55,423 nt of DNA from an uncultured Verrucomicrobiales bacterium (GTDB lineage: Bacteria > Verrucomicrobiota > Verrucomicrobiia > Verrucomicrobiales > DEV007), in NCBI GenBank assembly GCA_938091905.1, contig CALKOM010000043.1, positions 1 through 55,423 on the forward strand, in the 5' to 3' direction. Position numbers and translations under genes: made by a program. The stretch's first letter is position 1; the number at the start of each line of letters is the position of its first letter. The notes beneath the pieces were generated by a model that ran no database searches, was not told where the DNA came from, and saw nothing but the letters and a program-made list of their open reading frames with translations. Shown one piece after another: positions 1-7,438 of the stretch.

Positions 1-70
1 CAGCAACCTTGACCGGCGGAAGAATTTCCTAGCAGTCGTGCTTATAGAGACCGTTTCCCCTTTCCTCCCC

Positions 71-219
71 CTGAACGCCCTCCTATCCCTAGCAATGCGG
101 CGAACCTGACCCCATGGACGAAAAGCAATTTCCTAGCAGCCACCTCCCGGGCGCGCCCGGGGAAGGAGATAGATGAAAATCAACGACTTACAGCAAGGAT
201 CGCTGGTCCAGTTTCATAA
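71..219 (+). repeat. Direct repeat copy 1: 69 bp core A (71-139) plus 80 bp extension B (140-219)
   Basis: Core ctgaac(g/c)ccctcctatccctagcaatgcggcgaa(c/t)ctgaccccatggacgaaaagcaatttcctagcag recurs at 3467, 4679 and 6260. The extension ending ...ggtccagtttcataa recurs at 6329-6409. Perfect palindrome cccgggcgcgcccggg at 146-161. Confidence 0.97.
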
Positions 220-600
220 AAGTAATTCCACCGCCCCCCCCCGTCGTAGTTCAGGATGCGACCATTACTTTTAATTCGAACAACCAGCCTGTCCTACATT
301 GGGAACCCGGCACCCCCGCTTCCGTCCAAATCTCCAGCCCGTCCATGGATGACTGGTCGAATGCGCCCGGAAGAACTTGGCCCTCGACCGATGGTATCTG
401 GACTGATACGACGACGGGAAACGTAGAGCGCCGCTTCTACCGCCTCGGCTTCGAGTAGCGGAGAGAAGCCGCACGACATCCCCTGTTTCGTCCCTGGAGC
501 AGGCGCCCATTCTTTCGCTGCTTCTCTTTCGTGGGCGGCTTTTCTCATCGGAATTTGGTGTTTTCCATCGGTGGTTGCTTGGATTATTTTCCCCAGCCCC

Positions 601-3462
601 ATGCGTCAAAGCCCCTTCCAGATCCTCTGCGCTGCGACCAGCATCGTCGTCATCACCGCGTCTCCCTTGGCGACCGCAAATGAATTTGAATCAGACGGCC
701 TCACGCCTGGCACGCAGCTCGCCTGGGAGACCGAAATTGGATTGACCTACCAGCTGCAGTCCGCCCCCGGAGCCACCGGTCCGTGGTTGAATGTAGGTGA
801 ATCGCTCCCCGGCAATGGGAATACCTCGTCCATCTTCCTCCCTGACACGGGTGCTCCTGAAATCTACCGTCTAGCCATCACGCCCCCCCCCACGAGCACC
901 GGGGAAAACCTCCTCGCAAACGGGAGCTTCGAATCAGGTGATGGCGCCGATCCTACCGAATGGAACACCGCTGGTAGCCAGCAACCCACCCGCACAGATG
1001 CCGACGCGTTCGCCGGCAGCTATTCACTCCGCGCCCGAATCCAAAACGTCGGATCCTCCCCAGGCGAAGGCATCCTCAGCCAGACCCTTTCCACAGACGG
1101 AGATCCGATCACCCCCGGGAGCCTCTACCAGTTTTCCTTCCGCGCGAAGCAGATCACAGAGGGCACGAACACGTACATTCAAAACTACGAGCTCCAGTGG
1201 CGCGACGCTGCCGGGTCCGTCATCTCTGGCACCGGTTCCGAAAATTTCGAGGGGAGCGACGGGACTTGGGGAGAAGTTTCATCCGGTGACCTCACTGCTC
1301 CATCTGGCGCTGCCGGCGTTTCGGTGCGCTTCCGCTTCGTCACCGGTGCCGCGAATGGCGAGCAAGGCGAGGTGCTTATCGATGAGATTGCCCTCTCCGG
1401 CGGCGAAGCTTCCATCGTCCCAGGTGAAACTGTCTACACCCCGCTCGAAGGCTCCAGGCTCGCACGCGTCACCTGGGAGACGACCCCAGGCAATAACTAC
1501 CAGCCCTCCATCTCGACCAACCTTTCAGATTGGACGCCCCACGGGGAGCGGCTCCCCGGAAGAAGCGAGGGCATCTCGGTGATGATCCCCTTCGAGAATC
1601 CCCGCTACTTCGTGCAACTAAGCCGGATCGACCCCATCGATATCGGCCCCATCGTCCCGTTGTTCAATTCGGACACCCCTCTCGAGGCAGCGCTCTCCAT
1701 CGATACCGACGATGCTCTCATCACCCGCCTCGGCGACCGAGCGCGCGATCGCCACGCCCGCGAAAGTGACTTCAAAGCTTACGACCACTACCTCAGCTGG
1801 TATTGGGAAGAGCGCACCCTAGGCCTTACGATCACCGATCGGGTCGCCAAAGGCGGCGAGGGTATCGTCTTCGATTACCAGACCCAATCGAAACTCGGAG
1901 CCGCCGAATTCCGCACCTTTTTCCGGGGTATTAATACGGTCGCCGAATATTACGACAACCGGATCGCGGATTACCTCGGAGACAACCGCTACACCGTCAC
2001 CATCACCCATAAGCAGCCGGAAAATACCCGCCTTGCCATCGGCGATCTCATCGAAGTCGAGATCAGCCAGTTTTTGGAAGATGCCGAAAACGGGAGGAAT
2101 AACTACTACGGCACCACCTTCCTCTACGTCGTCGGACAGGGCGTTGCCCCCTGGCAGGGAGTCGGCGAGTTGCTCGATTCCGTGCCCATCCCAGAGCACG
2201 CATGGAGCGGCGGTGAAACCACCATCCACTACCAGTATTCGGACGAGCCGGACCACCTCTTCAAGCAGACTGCTGGAAACATCTCCCCAGATAGTATCCA
2301 GCCCTTCATGCTCGGGCGCCGCCTCCACCACACCGACTTCGGCGACGGCGGCCACTCAGAAAGCGGAAATCCAATCTTCGAAGAACACGTCGGAAAACTT
2401 GGTTCCCGGTTTATCGCGAGGAGCTGCGTCGAATGCCACGTGAACAATGGCCGATCGCTCCCTCCTGCAATTGGGGAACCACTCCAGCAAGGGATCGTCA
2501 AAGTAGGCGCTGATCCTTTCGGCAATCCACACCCGGATCTCGGCACCGTCCTGCAACCCCAGGGAGCCACCAGTGAAGGGGACATCACGATCGCCAGCTA
2601 CACCACCACGACCGGTCAGTATGCCGATGGCACCCCTTACACCCTCCGGAAACCGGAATACTCCTTCACCGGCCCCACTCCCTCCTACTATTCCGTCCGC
2701 AGCGCACAGCCGCTCGTCGGACTGGGACTTCTCGAAGCGATCGATGAATCAACGATCGTCGCTCTCGCCGATCCCGATGATAGCGACCAGGATGGCATCT
2801 CCGGGCGTGCCCACTCCGTCATCGATCCCGAGACGAATGAGACGAGGCTAGGCCGGTTCACCGCAAAAGCTGGACGGGCCCGCCTCAGCCACCAGATCGC
2901 ATCCGCTTTCAATACCGATATGGGTGTCTCCACCACCCTCTTCCCCACCCTCGATGACGGCACGCGCCCCCCTTCCCCCGAGCTATCGGACGCGGATCTC
3001 GTTGTCATCAGCCGCTATGTCGCCCTCCTTGGCATCGGCGCACAGCGCGACATCGAAGACCCGCAAGTGATCCGTGGTCAGCAGCTCTTCGCCACCGCAA
3101 ACTGCACCGCGTGCCACACCCCCGAACTCACCACCGGCCCCTACCACCCGATGACCGAGCTCCGCAACCAGACCATCCGGCCCTACACCGACCTCCTCCT
3201 CCACGACATGGGTCCCGGCCTCGCCGACGACCTCGGTGAGGGCGATGCCTCTGGCAACGAGTGGCGCACCGCACCGCTCTGGAGCATCGGTCATACCGCA
3301 GGCGTGAACGACGGCGAAGCCTACCTCCACGACGGCCGCGCCAGCACCCTCGAAGAAGCCATCCTCTGGCACGGCGGCGAAGCCGAAAACTCCAAAGAAG
3401 CCTTCCGCAACTTTTCCGCCGCCGACCGCTCTGCCCTCGTCACGTTCCTTAAGTCTCTTTAA
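601..3462 (+). CDS. Secreted di-heme oxidoreductase (DHOR/thiol oxidoreductase-like) family protein with N-terminal carbohydrate-binding (CBM4/9-like) domain
   Basis: Signal peptide from ATG 601; NLLANGSFE CBM-like start; two CxxCH motifs (CVECH, CTACH); family-typical segments PLVGLGLLEAI, PYTDLLLHDMG, WRTAPLW, YLHDGRA. Confidence 0.85.
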   Translation: MRQSPFQILCAATSIVVITASPLATANEFESDGLTPGTQLAWETEIGLTYQLQSAPGATGPWLNVGESLPGNGNTSSIFLPDTGAPEIYRLAITPPPTSTGENLLANGSFESGDGADPTEWNTAGSQQPTRTDADAFAGSYSLRARIQNVGSSPGEGILSQTLSTDGDPITPGSLYQFSFRAKQITEGTNTYIQNYELQWRDAAGSVISGTGSENFEGSDGTWGEVSSGDLTAPSGAAGVSVRFRFVTGAANGEQGEVLIDEIALSGGEASIVPGETVYTPLEGSRLARVTWETTPGNNYQPSISTNLSDWTPHGERLPGRSEGISVMIPFENPRYFVQLSRIDPIDIGPIVPLFNSDTPLEAALSIDTDDALITRLGDRARDRHARESDFKAYDHYLSWYWEERTLGLTITDRVAKGGEGIVFDYQTQSKLGAAEFRTFFRGINTVAEYYDNRIADYLGDNRYTVTITHKQPENTRLAIGDLIEVEISQFLEDAENGRNNYYGTTFLYVVGQGVAPWQGVGELLDSVPIPEHAWSGGETTIHYQYSDEPDHLFKQTAGNISPDSIQPFMLGRRLHHTDFGDGGHSESGNPIFEEHVGKLGSRFIARSCVECHVNNGRSLPPAIGEPLQQGIVKVGADPFGNPHPDLGTVLQPQGATSEGDITIASYTTTTGQYADGTPYTLRKPEYSFTGPTPSYYSVRSAQPLVGLGLLEAIDESTIVALADPDDSDQDGISGRAHSVIDPETNETRLGRFTAKAGRARLSHQIASAFNTDMGVSTTLFPTLDDGTRPPSPELSDADLVVISRYVALLGIGAQRDIEDPQVIRGQQLFATANCTACHTPELTTGPYHPMTELRNQTIRPYTDLLLHDMGPGLADDLGEGDASGNEWRTAPLWSIGHTAGVNDGEAYLHDGRASTLEEAILWHGGEAENSKEAFRNFSAADRSALVTFLKSL

Positions 3463-3466
3463 AGTG

Positions 3467-3535
3467 CTGAACCCCCTCCTATCCCTAGCAATGCGGCGAA
3501 TCTGACCCCATGGACGAAAAGCAATTTCCTAGCAG
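3467..3535 (+). repeat. Direct repeat core A copy 2
   Basis: 69 bp, two mismatches to copy 1; starts 4 nt after the TAA of the upstream gene. Confidence 0.97.
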
Positions 3536-3637
3536 TTGTCTTTGCTGGTGATGGCAGCGCAAACAATCATGTCCCCTGCTGGCAAAACCTGTCAAAATAT
3601 GTCCGAAGGTGAGGATATGGAAGAATTGCTGGTTCAT
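3536..3637 (-). pseudogene. 5' fragment of a membrane-protein gene (DUF2306-like start MNQQFFHILTFGHILTGFAS), cut at repeat copy 2
   Basis: ATG at 3637 on the minus strand; hydrophobic His-containing N-terminus; the frame runs into the repeat; TACTTTTG promoter-like motif upstream at 3669-3676. Confidence 0.45.
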
Positions 3638-3769
3638 TGGGGTAGAGAGTGAGAGCCGATTTCGGCCACAAAAGTAGTTTCTGCTTTTCGTTACATCCTT
3701 CAACATATGTTGAGAAATAGCCCGACGAAGAAGCTGATATTTGTACCTTGGGCTTGCGACTTTGAAAAT

Positions 3770-4438
3770 ATGGATGCTTCCCGACTTCAGTCTCGTTTAT
3801 ACAAATTCCGCTTTGAGATCCTGGCGCTCTTGCTGACTGCCATCGTTTTTGGTGGGGGGATTTTCCCCTTCACGATATTCGATGAAGTGATCTTGCCGCT
3901 GATCATTTTTCTGGCAGCGGGCCTATCAGTGATCATGGTTCAGTACCGCAAGTTGAGCTTGCGCTTGGTCTTCGGGACTTTTGCGGTCCTAGCTCTCTTG
4001 ATGATGCTCCTTCGGATCTTCACCGATTTTCACATTCAGGTGAGGATCGCTTCTCTGGAGGTTTTCATCCTCTTTTTTGGGGTCCTGAGCTATGAGGTGT
4101 TCCGGCAGATGGTCAACGAAAAAGAGATCACCTCAAGTATCATTTTCGCAGCTTTTGATTGCTATCTGCTACTGGGCATGCTTGGGGCGATGCTGTTTTC
4201 CCTCCTGATGGTCATGGATCCGAATGCGTTCACCAATATTGATTCTGAGGACAACCTCTTCAACAAGATGATCTATTTCAGCTTCATCACCCTGACTTCC
4301 ATCGGTTTTGGAGACATTTCCCCTCAGTCCATGCTAGCCGAAAAGATCACGGCTTTTTACGGACTGATCAGCCACTTTTACTCCGTGGTGATCGTGGGCA
4401 TCATCGTCGGGAAGTATGTGGCGAGAAGGAATGGATGA
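3770..4438 (+). CDS. Potassium channel family (Ion_trans_2) membrane protein
   Basis: Several TM helices; pore motif YFSFITLTSIGFGDISP; likely start MDASRLQ at 3770 (ORF open from 3707). Confidence 0.85.
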   Translation: MDASRLQSRLYKFRFEILALLLTAIVFGGGIFPFTIFDEVILPLIIFLAAGLSVIMVQYRKLSLRLVFGTFAVLALLMMLLRIFTDFHIQVRIASLEVFILFFGVLSYEVFRQMVNEKEITSSIIFAAFDCYLLLGMLGAMLFSLLMVMDPNAFTNIDSEDNLFNKMIYFSFITLTSIGFGDISPQSMLAEKITAFYGLISHFYSVVIVGIIVGKYVARRNG

Positions 4439-4678
4439 TTGCGAAGGATGGTTGTGAGCTCATTGGGTTGGGAATGGAAGGGGAATAAGAATTTCTAGCT
4501 GTAGATGGCAGTCGCGAAGCGCCTGCTCGTTTTTTAGGGATCTCATGTACTACCAGCTCCGCGCTTCGATGTTGTAAAGCTTTGGCTGCTACCTCGCAGA
4601 AGCAGTCCGATAGGGATGCCCATACTGGCAAACAGTTGTGTTGAACAAACCTTCTTGCAGGAGCAGAGCTACTGCCAT

Positions 4679-4745
4679 CTGCCCCCTCCTATCCCTAGCA
4701 ATGCGGCGAATCTGACCCCATGAACGAAAAGCAATTTCCTAGCAG
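4679..4745 (+). repeat. Direct repeat core A copy 3
   Basis: 67 bp; lacks the aa of ctgaac and has one substitution relative to copy 2. Confidence 0.95.
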
Positions 4746-5033
4746 TAACCCGCCCGATTGATCATGACCTCCGGCGCGTCCAGAAGAGGCGACCTTTGGC
4801 CCCTGGGAGAAGTTCAAGTGACCAAGTCATTGGATTCCGCGAATCTCCTGTCACCTTGCGATTCATTGATTCGCTAAGGGACCATGGAGTCACGAATACG
4901 CGAAAACCGTACAGCTCGGTTGACTGCGTAGACCTGGTCTTGATGAACAAGCGGAGACCCAAGCAGGATTCGCAGGATCAATTGCCCTTCCTAGTCGTTA
5001 GTTCCTATGTGACTGCTTGTTGCCCATTTCACC

Positions 5034-5255
5034 ATGTCTGAAGCGCCCAATTCATCCACTGAGGAAGTAATCGTCCAGGCGGGTTACCGCTTCGCGCTGT
5101 CTCTCGCCCGCAACCGGCATGAGGCGGAAGATTTGAGCCACATCCTCCTCGTCTCCACGGCTTCAGGAAAGATCTGCGATGTGGTCGACCGGAAGCAGCC
5201 CATCGCCGCAGCTACCGCCAGGATCTGCCACGGATTCACCCTTTCTGACCTTTGA
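5034..5255 (+). pseudogene. Truncated ECF sigma factor (region 2 start only)
   Basis: QAGYRFALSLARNRHEAEDL is a typical sigma-70 region 2 start; similarity stops right after AEDL; ORF only 73 aa. Confidence 0.6.
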
Positions 5256-5313
5256 ACCCTTTCAACAGTCAGCCATAACCAAACATCAAACCAACCAAAA
5301 CGAAATAGACCCA

Positions 5314-5985
5314 ATGAAATACATTGCCCTATCCATCATTTCTGCGACCGCTCTCATCGGCATGCCCTTCGCCTTTGCAGAAGCGAAAGAGAAGTGTGAG
5401 AAGACCTGCGAAGTGGCTAAGAAATCCGATTGCCAGGCCTGTCCTGTCGCCGCAGCGATGGAAGCCCTCCCCAAGATCAGTTATGTCATCGCGGGTGAAG
5501 CTTCCGCCTGTGCCAAGAGCGCTGCAACTGCGAAGGCCGCTGGCAAAGAAGTGAAATACGTCGTGGCTGACAAAGAGCTTTGCTGCGATAAAATGGCGAA
5601 AGACGCCCATGTCGACGCAGTGGAAAAATTCGTCGGCCGCTTTGCTTCGGCCCAAAGCTGCGAGACGAGTGGCAAGACCTATGTCGGTACCAACGGCTAT
5701 GCTTGCGGCCAGCATGCAAACACGGTGGCTGCCGTGGCGAAGAAGGCCATGGACAGTGTGAGCGTGAAACACATTGTCGCCGGCAAGGAATACTGCTGCC
5801 CCGAGGAGGCCGGAAAGGCTGCGAAAGAAGCGGGTGCCAAAGTCACCTACGCCGTCGCGGATGAGAAGACCGAGTGCGCCAAGACAAGCCGCATGACCGT
5901 AGCTGTTGCTAAGTACAAGGCCGCGATTCAGGCCATTGCCAAAGCAGAGGCCGAGACGGCTGAGAGCGCTCCTGCGAAGTCCTAA
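5314..5985 (+). CDS. Secreted Cys/Ala/Lys-rich hypothetical protein with internal repeats
   Basis: Signal peptide MKYIALSIISATALIGMPFAFA; repeated (Y/H)(V/I)VAxKExCC-type segments; followed by a terminator hairpin. Confidence 0.8.
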   Translation: MKYIALSIISATALIGMPFAFAEAKEKCEKTCEVAKKSDCQACPVAAAMEALPKISYVIAGEASACAKSAATAKAAGKEVKYVVADKELCCDKMAKDAHVDAVEKFVGRFASAQSCETSGKTYVGTNGYACGQHANTVAAVAKKAMDSVSVKHIVAGKEYCCPEEAGKAAKEAGAKVTYAVADEKTECAKTSRMTVAVAKYKAAIQAIAKAEAETAESAPAKS

Positions 5986-6010
5986 CGGACGAATAACTGT
6001 ATCTTAAGAG

Positions 6011-6046
6011 AAGAAGCCCTCGCCGTCTTCCGTCGAGGGCTTCTTT
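6011..6046 (+). terminator. Intrinsic terminator hairpin (possibly bidirectional)
   Basis: aagaagccctcg...cgagggcttctt 12 bp stem just after the stop at 5985. Confidence 0.75.
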
Positions 6047-6170
6047 GCGTCTACGCACGCAGCGATGCCCACGCAGCCGACGGGCTTTCATTCCCCTTCT
6101 TCTTGTTGCTCCCTCGTGCCTGGGCAAGCCATCGCAAGAGAACGCGGCTATCATTAACAACCTCGTCCCG

Positions 6171-6260
6171 TTACTGAGGAACAGCCCACTTCGGGCGCTC
6201 TTCGATCTCATAGGTCACAGTTCGAACTTCCGTGCCATTTCTCAGGAAATAGAGCTTCAC
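6171..6260 (-). pseudogene. 3' end fragment of a gene (PDZ-like C-terminus VKLYFLRNGTEVRTVTYEIEERPKWAVPQ*), cut at repeat copy 4
   Basis: Hand translation of the minus strand from 6260 to TAA at 6171-6173 resembles PDZ-protease C-termini; the upstream part is replaced by the repeat. Confidence 0.45.
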
Positions 6261-6409
6261 TGAACCCCCTCCTATCCCCAGCAATGCGGCGAATCTGACC
6301 CCATAGACGAAAAGCAATTTCCTAGCAGCCCACCTCCCGGGCGCGCCCGGGGAAGGAAATAGATGAAAATCAACGACTTACAGCAAGGATCGCTGGTCCA
6401 GTTTCATAA
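6260..6409 (+). repeat. Direct repeat copy 4: core A (6260-6328) plus extension B (6329-6409)
   Basis: Near-identical to 71-219, including the palindrome (6336-6351) and the end ...gtccagtttcataa. Confidence 0.97.
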
Positions 6410-7367
6410 GAGTGAGGTTGGTTGTGGCTGTGTTTCTCGCCACCGCGTCCGACCGCACTGAGCCCACCATTGTCAGACATAAACAACACGACCGTTTCAT
6501 CACTAATACCGTGGTGGGCAAGCCGATCCATGACATCACCCAGCGACTTGTCCATCCCTTCGACCATCGCCGCATACATGGCTTCGGTGCGCTCCAAGCC
6601 ATCATTGCGGCACTTCTGATAGAACCGGCGATCTTCCGCAAAGGGCGCATGCACGGCATAATGCGACAGATAGAGGAAGAACGGCTTCTCATCCGACACC
6701 GATTGATCGACTGCCTTCAACGCTTCCCTCGTCAGCGCCTCTGTCAGGAAGACATCCTTTCCGTGATACTACGCCAGACGGCACTAAAGTCCTGCGTTCC
6801 CAGGAAACTACCGGGGCCGCCAGCAGCATGGCCGGCAATGTTTATATCGAAGCCCAGATTACGAGGATCCTCCCCAGGCGTCCCCACGGCTCCCAAGTGC
6901 GCCTTGCCCACATGAATGGTGCGATAGCCCACTTCGCGCAAGAAAGCGGGCAGCGCCGTGGCATGAAGGGTCCGCTCGATGCCCTTGGTAGGGCTCAGCC
7001 CGTTCACATTCCACTTGGGGAAGGCAAGCGTCGGATGCTTGCGATCATTGGTCGCGTCTTTGTGAAGCGTCCAATTGGTAACCCGGTGACGTGCCGCATT
7101 GAGCCCAGTCATCAAACTGATGCGTGTCGGCGAACACACGCTACAAGCATAGGCTTGGGTAAACTTCACGCCCTGGTTTGCCAGACGCTCCATGTTGGGC
7201 GTTCGATAGCGCTTATTGAATGCCGTCGTCTCGGTGTGGAACGGCACCGAGGTGTCTTGCCAGCCCATGTCGTCGACCAAGAAGAGGACAATGTTTGGAC
7301 GCTCTGCATGGCTCATCCCCATGGTGAGCAGCAGCCAAACGAGCGCAGGGCCGTAGAAGAATCTCAT
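6410..7367 (-). pseudogene. Sulfatase (S1 family) pseudogene: frameshifted near 6770 and 3'-truncated at the repeat
   Basis: Signal peptide, RPNIVLFLVDDMGW, CSPTR motif, GKAHLG. After AVWR the homology continues in another frame (YHGKDVFLTEALTREALKAVD...SHYAVHAP...SDNGG) and ends at HNQP, where extension B begins. Confidence 0.88.
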
Positions 7368-7438
7368 GCTTAAGCATGACTGCAAAGAAGGGCTGTAGAA
7401 AGATCGAAAGCGCCCCTTCAATCGCCTATTCCTCTACC

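Noticed and set aside
271..609. Minus-strand ORFs 271-609 and 294-602
   Set aside because: No recognisable motifs, and they overlap the start region of the di-heme gene; not supported as genes.
3467..3540. Integron attC interpretation (repeat right after a stop codon, GAAC...GTT in copy 2)
   Set aside because: GTT follows only copy 2, the unit is not a long imperfect palindrome, the cargo includes gene fragments in both orientations, and no intI is seen.
4762..5041. ORFs 4762-4962 (-) and 4796-5041 (+)
   Set aside because: Short, mutually overlapping and without recognisable motifs; possibly degraded sequence.
71..6409. CRISPR array interpretation of the repeats
   Set aside because: Units are 67-69 bp (150 bp with extension), spacers are 1.1-3.3 kb and contain genes, and no cas genes are present.
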